The notes below the pieces were generated by a model that searched no databases, had not been told where the DNA came from, and worked only from the letters and a program-made list of their open reading frames with translations. From the IMG/VR virus record IMGVR_UViG_3300038312_000168, positions 5,365-69,364 of that record: a stretch of 64,000 bases of DNA, one strand, 5' to 3'. How positions within the stretch are numbered: the stretch's first letter is position 1; every line of letters starts with the position of its first letter. Shown piece after piece: positions 14,586 through 24,116 of the stretch. The stretch is from a virus. A program made the translations under genes and the position numbers.

Positions 14586-15434
14586 ATGACTTTTCCCGTT
14601 GAATATTACAGACAGATAAAGGATGCCATTGTCTTTACCGCGCGTAAACAGGCAGTAGCACGTAAGATTATTAATACCCGTAACATTTCCGGTGGCATTG
14701 GTGTTCAGCAGTGGACGTATGACACTGCAAATGAAGTTTCGGATGCTCTGCTTACGTATCAGTTCACTGACACGGCTGAGGATTGGATTGAACTTGCTCG
14801 TACTGACATTCCTATTCCGCTTCTGCATAAAGAGTTCCGTATTTCTCGTCGTGATCTTGCCGCTGCTGCTCGCGGTGGATTTGGTATTTCGACCGCTACT
14901 GTTTCGAGTGCTGCCTACAAGGTTATGAATCTTGAGAACCAGTTAATTCTTAATGGTTTTGCTGCCGATGGAACTAACTATGATATCAGGGGTCTTTACC
15001 AGAGTGCAGGTAATTCTTACACTGGTACTAATGACTTTGGAACTGCCGGAAAGCCGATTGAGGCGGTTGCAGGTGCCATTGATCTGATGCAGGCTGATAA
15101 TATTACCGGCCCGTATAACCTTGTTCTGAATCCCACGCAGTATATGGAACTTGCAATTTCGATTCTTGGTTCTGGTGCAGGTGAGCGTGAGATTGCAATG
15201 GTTAAGGAGATTCTTGAGGGTGGAAGTATTTATTCTACGTCCTTCCAGACTGCCGGAACGGGTATGCTTCTTGCTGATGCTTCCGCCGGTTTCTTTGAGA
15301 TGGTTGTCGCGCAGGATATGACCACTGAGACTGAGGTGCTTCAGAAATCTAAGGATCTTTGGGGTAGAGTTTACGAGTGTGTCATTCCTGTCGTGTATGA
15401 CTCTAATGCGATTTGTAAGTTAACTACTATCTAA
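14586..15434 (+). CDS. major capsid protein, HK97 fold, encapsulin/linocin-M18-like
   Basis: [59 protein letters not shown] and [11 protein letters not shown] align with my recollection of Thermotoga encapsulin ([61 protein letters not shown]). Confidence 0.7.
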   Translation: [282 protein letters not shown]

Positions 15435-15449
15435 GGTGGGTGATTTACA

Positions 15450-15839
15450 ATGTCTTGGAGTAATATTACAGAACTACGCGGTTTGGTAGAGACTGAAATA
15501 TCAGACTCTACTCTCCAAGATATTCTTGATATTGCACAGAGATACATTGAATCACGCATTGGCGTTCAATCAAACTCTACATATGAAATCCAAACGGCTC
15601 ATCTTTTTAAATCAGCCGCACTCACCCTAAAGCGAATGAAAACAAACGGCGAATTGCCGTATATGTCAAAATTGGGATCAGCCCAACAATATAATGAAAT
15701 CGACGATATAATCAAAATGTATGAGAAAGAAACGTCATCGTTAATTCGCAAATCAATTTTCAGTGTTCAGAAAGCCTCAACTGGATTACCATATGTTCGG
15801 TCAAGATGCAATTACGTTGAGGATGAAGAAAATGGATAA
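15450..15839 (+). CDS. head-tail connector/adaptor (gp6-like) candidate
   Basis: 129 aa immediately after the capsid gene. The N-terminus (ITELRGLVETEISDSTLQDILDIAQRYIESRIG) is typical of adaptor proteins. Confidence 0.45.
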   Translation: MSWSNITELRGLVETEISDSTLQDILDIAQRYIESRIGVQSNSTYEIQTAHLFKSAALTLKRMKTNGELPYMSKLGSAQQYNEIDDIIKMYEKETSSLIRKSIFSVQKASTGLPYVRSRCNYVEDEENG

Positions 15840-16089
15840 TACGGAAACATGCGAATTACAACATTGTCGTTTACGGACTGACATTTTATGTGAAGTTCAG
15901 CGTAGGGAAGAGAAGCAGGATGAACGGTTCCTCGCTCTTATTGAAGAATTAAGACAAGATTGGAAAGAAACAAAGAAGGAAGTAAGTTCAATAAAAGACA
16001 CAATGATTACGGGTTTTATTACGTTAATCATTACTATTATTGGTGTTTTCGCTACTTACATTTTTATGAATGTTATTGGGTTCATTTAA
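15832..16089 (+). CDS. small protein with a C-terminal TM anchor
   Basis: ATG at 15832 overlaps the upstream stop. The C-terminus is ITGFITLIITIIGVFATYIFMNVIGFI. Confidence 0.45.
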   Translation: MDNTETCELQHCRLRTDILCEVQRREEKQDERFLALIEELRQDWKETKKEVSSIKDTMITGFITLIITIIGVFATYIFMNVIGFI

Positions 16090-16098
16090 GGTGGTTTT

Positions 16099-16479
16099 AT
16101 GCAACAGAGCGGGTTCAAAATGAATAATATACTGAAGAAATTGGGCGCTCTACATACTTTTCTTATACAGGAATCTACAACTCCCGCCGACACTTTTTAT
16201 CAGGAATCCACCACTGAATATGAAGAAGTAAAATATTGGGCAGTTGTTCTCCCTGCTCGTGCCTATGATCTTCACTCTAACGTTTTTGCCCGTTTAAATC
16301 GTTCTGGTACTGAACAATTTGGTATTATTAATATTTTCATTAGTATTACTGATGGTGATACGATTGTAATCAATCGAGATTATTATTCTGATTCTGTGGG
16401 GCGCTACCAAATTGTAGGAAAGGAAATCTACGGAACATCTTACTATCTTCTTGAGGCACACCTGGAGACTGCATCATGA
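16099..16479 (+). CDS. head closure / head-tail joining protein candidate
   Basis: Position in the connector module; SD AAGGTGG. Confidence 0.35.
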   Translation: MQQSGFKMNNILKKLGALHTFLIQESTTPADTFYQESTTEYEEVKYWAVVLPARAYDLHSNVFARLNRSGTEQFGIINIFISITDGDTIVINRDYYSDSVGRYQIVGKEIYGTSYYLLEAHLETAS

Positions 16480-16898
16480 AAACGGTGGTGTATGGTGTAG
16501 AAGAAACCAATGCTAAGATAAGTCAAATTCTTGCTGTTGTGCAAGATAATGTGGATAACACGCTTGATCTTTTCAGTGGTGATATGACGAAAGAAATCAA
16601 GGATTCAGCCCCGTATGATACAGGACGTTATATGAGTTCTTGGTTTTACGAGCGTAAAGAATCATTGAAGTATGCAATTATAAGTCAAAATTCTTACGTG
16701 CCTTACAACACGGTTCTTGTGTTTGGCACAGAGAAATTCAAACCGATTGCCAATGAATCACGCTATAAGTATTCTGACTCTGATCGTGGTATTATCCATG
16801 ATGTAAGACAGATTAAGTTTATATATAGTATTAAACTTGGTCAATTAATTAAGCGTGTGAACTTAATAGGTGCAAACATATCATTAGCGGGGTTATAA
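16476..16898 (+). CDS. HK97 gp10-like tail/neck component candidate
   Basis: SAPYDTGRYMSSW resembles the gp10-family xPxDTGxLxxS motif; ATGA overlap upstream. Confidence 0.4.
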   Translation: MKTVVYGVEETNAKISQILAVVQDNVDNTLDLFSGDMTKEIKDSAPYDTGRYMSSWFYERKESLKYAIISQNSYVPYNTVLVFGTEKFKPIANESRYKYSDSDRGIIHDVRQIKFIYSIKLGQLIKRVNLIGANISLAGL

Positions 16899-17296
16899 TG
16901 GATATAGATGGTGTTTTAAAGGAACTTGCAGATTTTATTGAAGAGAAAGTTCCAGAACTTGCAAATAAAGTTACTACCATTTATCCCGAATCAGAACGAT
17001 TCGCTCCCCCTACTGTTGTAATAGACATTGTAGCAGGGAGAGCAACCCTAATTATTGATGGAGCAAAGACACATGAATTAGTGCGTATTGCAATCGTCTC
17101 TGATAAGAAGAGTGAAATCAATCGCATTTTTAAATTAATTACAGATGCGTTTTTGGATTATGGACGGGAACTTACATTAAGTGCATATGGCGGTGTAAGT
17201 TATATTTCTCCTGTTGCTCCTGCATTTGTAGAAAAGAATAGTGTTTTGAAACGCGAATTGGATATTATTGTAATTGAATTTAGAAAGAGAGGTTGA
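16898..17296 (+). CDS. tail terminator / tail completion protein candidate
   Basis: 132 aa directly upstream of the major tail gene. Confidence 0.35.
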   Translation: MDIDGVLKELADFIEEKVPELANKVTTIYPESERFAPPTVVIDIVAGRATLIIDGAKTHELVRIAIVSDKKSEINRIFKLITDAFLDYGRELTLSAYGGVSYISPVAPAFVEKNSVLKRELDIIVIEFRKRG

Positions 17297-17301
17297 ATTT
17301 T

Positions 17302-18225
17302 ATGGGACAAAACGCAGGTTATACTACAACCGTTGAATATATTAAAGAGACTTCATTTGGCACAAAGCCTAATAATCCTGAAATGCAGTGGATAGGTATT
17401 GTTACTGATGCTAAGTTTACTGATAAACCGAAGTCATTTTCCACGCGGTATTTTACGGATGCTGCCTACACTGATCCGAAGTCTGCTGCCTACAAGCACA
17501 TTAAGACTGTAATGGAAGCGGGCATTGAGATTGAGTATGTGCCACAGGACATTCTTGGTGGTTTCATTGGGTTTGCGCTTGGTGGTGATGATACTACTTG
17601 CACAGGACTTGCAGATGGTATTAATTCCGCTACGATTGGTGCAATCATTACAGGTGGAACGAATAAGTATCTTCTCTACGAGGGATGTGTAGTTGATGAG
17701 TTTACGCTCTCGATTCCCGAAGATGATGTTCTGAAATGTTCTGCTAAATTTACTGCTGCTGATGCTCCTGCTCCTTCTGCTACGGATTATAAGGGAACGG
17801 GTAGTAATGCAACTGAGAGCACCGATGCAATGCTTACGTGTGATGATGTAAGTGACATTAAGTTAAGTGTAGACAATGGAACTACTTGGGCAAGTGCTAC
17901 TGATATTGTGCGTGAGATTGAGTTATCTATCTCGAATAAGAACGTTTATCTCAAGGATCTTGCATCTGCAAACAGCACCCACATTGCAGGTGTTGTGAAC
18001 ACGGGTAAGGACGTTAAACTTGGTCTTGAACTATATTATGATGATCTTGACCTGCTCACACAGGTTCAGGCACTTACACAGTGTGGATTCAAGTTTACCA
18101 TTGATGGTAAGACGTTTACGCTTACGGGAATTCAATTCCCTGAATATCCCCTTGATGTTAAGCCTGATGAGGTTATTGGGGATAAGATTGAATCGCTGCA
18201 AATTACCGGGCTTACAATAGCCTAA
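17302..18225 (+). CDS. major tail (tube) protein
   Basis: 307 aa immediately upstream of the chaperone pair and tape measure. No sheath-sized gene is present. Confidence 0.55.
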   Translation: MGQNAGYTTTVEYIKETSFGTKPNNPEMQWIGIVTDAKFTDKPKSFSTRYFTDAAYTDPKSAAYKHIKTVMEAGIEIEYVPQDILGGFIGFALGGDDTTCTGLADGINSATIGAIITGGTNKYLLYEGCVVDEFTLSIPEDDVLKCSAKFTAADAPAPSATDYKGTGSNATESTDAMLTCDDVSDIKLSVDNGTTWASATDIVREIELSISNKNVYLKDLASANSTHIAGVVNTGKDVKLGLELYYDDLDLLTQVQALTQCGFKFTIDGKTFTLTGIQFPEYPLDVKPDEVIGDKIESLQITGLTIA

Positions 18226-18247
18226 ATATTTTTTATTACTGATTGTT

Positions 18248-18670
18248 ATGGTTGCAATTTCTATTAATAATGAAACGTATGAACTGTCTGATGAACCTTA
18301 TCATGGTATTGTGCGTAAGGTTCGGAAGATGCAGAAAGCGATGCTTATTGAACTTCTATCCAGGTTCAAGGATGAACTTAACGATAGTATGAAAATTGAG
18401 GATGCTCTTGCCATGATTGCAAATAAGCATCCCGATGAGATTATAGAATATTCAGAGCGTGAGGAAGATTTTATTGTTGTTACTACGATTTCTCTCGCTA
18501 CCAATAAAATGTGGAATATAGAGGACTTTGACACTGTTCCTATTGGGAAAATGGATAAGATTTTCCAACAGTGTAAGGATGTTCTTGGCGGCGATGTGAA
18601 CCGTTTTTTCAGAGGTTACGCGACGAATACACAGGAAGCGCCGAAGGAACTCAAGTTGAAGAAGAAGTAG
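18248..18670 (+). CDS. tail assembly chaperone (gpG-like, zero-frame product)
   Basis: 140 aa directly upstream of the tape measure; contains the slippery site. Confidence 0.6.
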   Translation: MVAISINNETYELSDEPYHGIVRKVRKMQKAMLIELLSRFKDELNDSMKIEDALAMIANKHPDEIIEYSEREEDFIVVTTISLATNKMWNIEDFDTVPIGKMDKIFQQCKDVLGGDVNRFFRGYATNTQEAPKELKLKKK

Positions 18671-18978
18671 GACAACTTTCTTTTTCAAGTAATAAAGTAG
18701 CAGAAGTGCGTAATAAACTTAAGGGGCGTAAACAGTTACGCAATCTCCTCGAAGATGATACTTACTACAAGAAAATAGCGCGTTGGAAACATGCATTGCG
18801 TAATGGGTCTGACGATGAAGATTTTGCAGACTTTGTTTTAATTGATGCTTTTGGATGGTCTTGGGAACATTTGAACCAATTACCTGAACAAAAGTATCTT
18901 GCTATTTCTAAAATACTCTCTTTAAAGAACGCTGAAGAAGCAAAACAGGCTAAACGACAGAAGCAAAAGAAAAGGTGA
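18248..18978 (+). CDS. gpGT-like frameshift fusion chaperone (about 243 aa predicted)
   Basis: A -1 slip at 18604-18610 joins ...GGDVNRFF to QRLRDEYTGSAEGTQVEEEVGQLS...KQKKR*. The track ORF 18706..18978 has no good start of its own. Confidence 0.5.
18604..18610 (+). promoter_or_regulatory. candidate -1 programmed ribosomal frameshift heptamer T TTT TTC
   Basis: In the zero frame the sequence reads cgT TTT TTC (F120 F121). The -1 frame is open from 18577 to 18978. Confidence 0.55.
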
Positions 18979-18984
18979 TGATTG

Positions 18985-21900
18985 ATGCAACTTGGAGATA
19001 ATGACATTGTAATTTATGTTGGCGGTAATATTACTGACTTACAAAATAAGATGAGACAGGCACAAGGTGTTACCGCCGCTACCAGTGCATCAATAGCAGG
19101 AACAGTAGGACGTATGGGCGGTTCTATTGAAAGGACATTAAAAACCACAGGTAATACCATTGTTGGTGCTACTGGTGCTGCTTCTGTCGCAATGGTTTAT
19201 CCTCTTACTCGTATTGCAGGTTCCATTTTTGAAATCGGTAGTGAACTTGACTCCATGTCACAGAAAACTGTATCAGTCTTTGACTTAATGGGTAGAAGTG
19301 TAAACGATGTTAAGAAAGATTTAGAAGATTTTGCTTTTTCACTTGCCGGTAATGCAATGTTCTCCGCTAATGAAATCATGGAGAGCATGTATGGCATGGC
19401 TCAGGCAGGTATGCAGGTTGAAGATATTTACACTTTAATGCCTGAAGTTATCAACCTTGCAACTGCGCAAAACATGGATCTTGATACCACTTTTAGAATG
19501 TTATACGGAACATTGCAGGCATATAAATTAAATGCTTCTGATGCTACAAAAGTAACTCATGCTATGGCAGCATCAATGAGTGCTTCAGTGCTTGATGCTG
19601 AAGATTTAGTTTACGCATTGAAATATATTAATCCTACATTTGCTGCACTTGGTTACAGTTATAATGAAGGATTAACAATGATTGCAATGTTACGTGATTT
19701 AACTTTCACTGGTCAAAATGGTGGAAGAATTTTACGTGACGCTTTTACTGATTTAATCGCTCCTACTTCTGAAGCAATAAATATTATGCGTAAGTGGGGC
19801 ATTTCAGTTTATACAAATAGCGATGAAATAAATGGTTTAGTTGCTGAGTATTATAGTGCATCTGAAGCACTTGATCAGATGAAGAGTGATACATCTGCAT
19901 CTAACGAAGAAATACAAAAACATAAAGATTTTATTATTCAGTTACAAGGGCAGATGGTAGGTTTAGATAAATCATCTGAGCAATATAAGAGTTTAAAGAA
20001 GGCGCTTGATGAAGCACTTTACGCAGAACGTGTAATGAAGAATGAAGTCAAGAAATCAAGCACCGAAATTGATAATCAAACTGCAAAAGTAAAAGCCCTT
20101 GAAAAACAAGTTAATGATTTTTCTGCTACCGGAATGAAAGCGCCTGCTGAAATTCTTAATGAGTTGTGGAAGGCGCGTGAAGCGGGTATGACTGAAGGGG
20201 AGTTTTCTACCGTTTTCGGTAAACAGTCATATGCCGCAATGATGCAACTCACCAGAGATAAGGAAAAATACGCTGAAGTTTTAGAGTATGTTACATACAC
20301 TGAAGGTGAAGTGAATGAAGCGCAAAGACAATCTGATATTGTTACCGCTTCTACTGCTGCAAGTTGGACTATTTTAACCAATCATATTTCATCAGCGGCA
20401 GGTGAAATTTATAGATCAGTAGCACCTGCATTAAAGGTTTTATTTGATTCGTTAAATGAAAACTTCGATGGTATCAAAGAGTTTTGTATTCTTGTAGCAC
20501 AGAACTTTGTTCCTATCTTACAGGATATTGCAAATCGTGTAATTGGTGTAGTTACATGGTTTAATGGATTAGATGAAGGAACAAAGAATCTTATTGCAAA
20601 AATAACAGCAATGGGTGTTGCATTTACACTTATTGCTGTTCCTCTAATGTTGTTTACTGGTATCATTCTATGGACACTTTCACCTATTGTGGGATTCATC
20701 GGTAAGATTGGACTTGCAGTTGAGCGCATTGGTATCTTACGTGCTGGAATGATTGCATTTAACAAAGATGCAACAATCTTTGGCATGAATATAATGAATA
20801 TTAAGGGCTCATTAAGTTCTTTTTTAACCACATTAACAAAAGGAACTAGCGCGAAAGGTATAACCGCTGTTACTGGTGAAATATTTTCATCAACGAAAGC
20901 ATTAGAAGCATTAGGTAGTGCAGGAATGATGATCAATCCTACACTTGTAACAACTGCCGCAACAACAGCAGGTGTAGGGACTGCTACTGCCGGTTTGGGT
21001 GCTACAATAATTTCAACGCTTGGTGCTATTTTACCACCAATACTTATAGCAGTTGCAGCAATAACCGCACTCTGGTTTGCCTGGAAGAATAACTGGTTTG
21101 GAATCAGAGATATTACTGCAAGTGTTATTGAGTTTATTACAGAACATTTCAAGGTTTTCTTTGAATTTATTGATTCTACATTTGGTGTAATCTTTAATAG
21201 TATTTCAAATCTTATTGATGCCTTTATTAACGGTGATGTTAATGGTCTATTCAGTGCTTTAGGTAGTCTTATTGGTGGAATTGTAAGACTAACACTTGGT
21301 TTACCTGAAACGTTTTTAAAAATCGGTAGACAAATGATCATTGATCTGATCAGAGGTGTAATTGCTGAAGCACCAAACACTGGACCTGCGTTAATTAGAT
21401 GGATTGTTGACGGTGGTATTCAAGAGTTTTGTTTAGCGGCGATTCGTGCTGCCGTTGATGCTGGAATTGCATTTGTCAAAGGTTTTATTGATGGAATAAT
21501 GGGTAAAGCACCCGAAGTTAAAGATAAATCTAAACCTACCGGTAAAGCGGTAACTGATGGTATTAAAGAAGGTGCTGAATCTGGATTATCAGACGTTTAT
21601 AAGACAATGGAAGATGGTGCTGTAAAGAGTGCCAATATTTTTGAGCAGAAATTCAATGATACGTTTAGTAAATTGGATACCAAGAATCTTACTGAAGATG
21701 AATTAAATAATTTTAAGGCACTTGAACTTTCAAGAAAAGTTGTTGATTTAACAGAATTAACAGACGATGATAAACAGTTCATTGGTGAATTACAAACTTT
21801 AATTGAAGAAAATGGTGGTGAGATTCCAGAGAAGTTAAAGAAGAAGATTGATGAACAAGTTAAAGAACAGAAACCGTGGTCTGCGTTCCATGAAGATTTT

Positions 21901-23070
21901 AGAAAAGAATTTGACTTAATTCTTCATGAATGGAATGCCATGAGTCCTCAAATGGCACAAGAAATGAAAAAAGGATTTAAGGCAGCAGAACCATTTGTTA
22001 ACCTTTCTGATGGACTTCAGGATGAAGAGAAACAGATAATTGGATTCCTTGAATCTATCGCTTCTGAATCTGGTAAACTGCCTGATGATTTACAGAATGC
22101 TTTAAACACTAAAATAAAGACAAAACAACCACTTGATGAATGGTGGGGTGACTACTATCAAAAGTGGAAGGATACTGATAAATTAGTTGATGAGAAAATA
22201 AGTGAAGATTTGATTACTAAAACAGTTACATTGCAGGTTGAAGTTGCAATGGATGATAATATAGATGTAGAAGATAGTGCAAAAGAAACATCAGAATCTT
22301 ACGTAGATAATTTTATTAAAACAAATAATGGTGTTTTAGGCCCATTTGGATTATCAGCAATTATATTTTCTGAAATTGCAAAATCAGTAGAAAAATCAGG
22401 AAATGTTGGTAAAGATGCTGCAAATGCATTTGCAAATAATTACAATAAAACACTCGAAGAAAAAGAAATTACTTTAACAATTTATCCTACAAGCACCTTT
22501 GATAATCTTGATTACTCTGATTTCAATCCTGAAGATTATGACACAAGTGTAACACATACTATCGATACTACCATTGAACCTACAACCGATGAAGAGAAGA
22601 AAGAACAGGCAAATACTACATCTAAGGAAGAGGGTAAGGAATTAGTAAATTCTTACAAAGAGGGTGTAGAAGAGAAGAAACCAGAACTTGACGCTACTGT
22701 TGAAACAGTGAAAACAACAATCCTCGACAAACTAAATCTTGCAGAGAAAGCGTATGATCTTGGTTACACATTTGTTAATTCCTACACAAATGGAATATTA
22801 GCAGCAATTCCCGCTTTACAATCTGCAATTAATCAGATGAATGGTATTCTCAATAGTGTAGAAGCACCGCCGGTTAGTGTTACGTATAATGTGTCTGCTG
22901 CAATGGTTAACTTCGAAGGTTTACCACAACTTCAGGGTGGTGGAACTACAAACAATTATGACATTGACGTAAATCTGAATAATGCTACAATTCGTAGTGA
23001 GCAGGATATAGACAAACTTGCAGATGCCGTGTATGAACGTATCAGTAGGAATGCGGGGTTAACAGCATGA
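18985..23070 (+). CDS. tail tape measure protein
   Basis: About 1360 aa and the longest ORF. Follows the chaperone pair. Has central TM segments (AFTLIAVPLMLFTGIILWTL, ILPPILIAVAAITALWFAW) plus coiled-coil stretches. Confidence 0.85.
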   Translation: MQLGDNDIVIYVGGNITDLQNKMRQAQGVTAATSASIAGTVGRMGGSIERTLKTTGNTIVGATGAASVAMVYPLTRIAGSIFEIGSELDSMSQKTVSVFDLMGRSVNDVKKDLEDFAFSLAGNAMFSANEIMESMYGMAQAGMQVEDIYTLMPEVINLATAQNMDLDTTFRMLYGTLQAYKLNASDATKVTHAMAASMSASVLDAEDLVYALKYINPTFAALGYSYNEGLTMIAMLRDLTFTGQNGGRILRDAFTDLIAPTSEAINIMRKWGISVYTNSDEINGLVAEYYSASEALDQMKSDTSASNEEIQKHKDFIIQLQGQMVGLDKSSEQYKSLKKALDEALYAERVMKNEVKKSSTEIDNQTAKVKALEKQVNDFSATGMKAPAEILNELWKAREAGMTEGEFSTVFGKQSYAAMMQLTRDKEKYAEVLEYVTYTEGEVNEAQRQSDIVTASTAASWTILTNHISSAAGEIYRSVAPALKVLFDSLNENFDGIKEFCILVAQNFVPILQDIANRVIGVVTWFNGLDEGTKNLIAKITAMGVAFTLIAVPLMLFTGIILWTLSPIVGFIGKIGLAVERIGILRAGMIAFNKDATIFGMNIMNIKGSLSSFLTTLTKGTSAKGITAVTGEIFSSTKALEALGSAGMMINPTLVTTAATTAGVGTATAGLGATIISTLGAILPPILIAVAAITALWFAWKNNWFGIRDITASVIEFITEHFKVFFEFIDSTFGVIFNSISNLIDAFINGDVNGLFSALGSLIGGIVRLTLGLPETFLKIGRQMIIDLIRGVIAEAPNTGPALIRWIVDGGIQEFCLAAIRAAVDAGIAFVKGFIDGIMGKAPEVKDKSKPTGKAVTDGIKEGAESGLSDVYKTMEDGAVKSANIFEQKFNDTFSKLDTKNLTEDELNNFKALELSRKVVDLTELTDDDKQFIGELQTLIEENGGEIPEKLKKKIDEQVKEQKPWSAFHEDFRKEFDLILHEWNAMSPQMAQEMKKGFKAAEPFVNLSDGLQDEEKQIIGFLESIASESGKLPDDLQNALNTKIKTKQPLDEWWGDYYQKWKDTDKLVDEKISEDLITKTVTLQVEVAMDDNIDVEDSAKETSESYVDNFIKTNNGVLGPFGLSAIIFSEIAKSVEKSGNVGKDAANAFANNYNKTLEEKEITLTIYPTSTFDNLDYSDFNPEDYDTSVTHTIDTTIEPTTDEEKKEQANTTSKEEGKELVNSYKEGVEEKKPELDATVETVKTTILDKLNLAEKAYDLGYTFVNSYTNGILAAIPALQSAINQMNGILNSVEAPPVSVTYNVSAAMVNFEGLPQLQGGGTTNNYDIDVNLNNATIRSEQDIDKLADAVYERISRNAGLTA

Positions 23071-24116
23071 AGGCAGTTCTCCGTGGATTACGTGATTATA
23101 ATGTTAATTCATACACGGTTACACTGAAGAGTAATGAGAAGAAATATTGCGTTGTTACTATTTCTGCAAAGGACTATTACACGCTTCAGAGTGAATCAGA
23201 GTTGATGTTAATTGTTGATGGAATGGAAATATTCACAGGTATAATCAACAAAATTAACTTTGATTACCTGAATAATAAATACATTATTACCCTAGATGAA
23301 CTTGCCTACAAATTAGCAATAGACTATGATTTGTTGAGTAAAAGTGCAAGTTTTGACATCACTTACACTTCAATGACCTCTGATACCATTTTGTCAGAGA
23401 TCCTCGCTGAAACAGCGTATACAGTGGGCTATGTGCCGTCACAGACTATTACAGAACTGAAGGGTGATAAACTTAATCGCTATGAATGGTTACGTTTGCT
23501 CGCTGATAATTGTGTTTGTGGTATAGATGCAAATGGTAAGTATACTACTGATTCTGCAAACATTGTCTCGGAACAGACTGCATGTGATGTGTGGACGGTA
23601 GGAAATGAGATTTATATTGGTGTAAATGGTTGCACTCGTAGTAATAAGTCAAGTCATGTTTGGAGTAAGAAAACATGCGATATAACCAATGCAATCATTG
23701 ACATTCCTGAAATAGAGATTAATGTTCATCCTGTGCAGAAGGTTATTGTAATTGGTAAGAATAATGTTACTGGAGAGGCAAGTGTAGGCACAAATCCTAC
23801 TATTGTTATTACAGATGATTCGTGTGTGGATGTAGCAGCGTGTGAGAAACGTGCAAAGGATGAATTGAGTAAACAGAATAAGTTTGCATCTCTTACCCTA
23901 AATGTCAATCCTGATTTGTTCTACTCGAAAGTTATTGAACTTGGTTGTCATGTTACCATAAGTGAACCTGCATTTGTAGCAGGGACGTATGAGATTATTG
24001 AGATGGAAATTTCTATTGATAAATGTAGCATCACACTTGATAGACCAAAGAAACGATTAGAAACTATACTTGATGATTTAAAGCGTCGTATGAATTTAAT
24101 TGAGAGGTGGAGATAA
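23067..24116 (+). CDS. distal tail / baseplate protein candidate
   Basis: First gene after the tape measure, with an ATGA overlap. Confidence 0.4.
   Translation: MKAVLRGLRDYNVNSYTVTLKSNEKKYCVVTISAKDYYTLQSESELMLIVDGMEIFTGIINKINFDYLNNKYIITLDELAYKLAIDYDLLSKSASFDITYTSMTSDTILSEILAETAYTVGYVPSQTITELKGDKLNRYEWLRLLADNCVCGIDANGKYTTDSANIVSEQTACDVWTVGNEIYIGVNGCTRSNKSSHVWSKKTCDITNAIIDIPEIEINVHPVQKVIVIGKNNVTGEASVGTNPTIVITDDSCVDVAACEKRAKDELSKQNKFASLTLNVNPDLFYSKVIELGCHVTISEPAFVAGTYEIIEMEISIDKCSITLDRPKKRLETILDDLKRRMNLIERWR

Noticed and set aside
20409-21380. A 323-aa ORF antisense to the tape measure gene, plus shorter antisense ORFs at 19197..19397, 20076..20381 and 21597..21782.
   Set aside because: It lies entirely inside the 1362-aa tape measure ORF, which has strong contextual support. 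The product is low-complexity and mirrors the Ala/Ile/Val-rich TM region. It has no SD and no independent motif.
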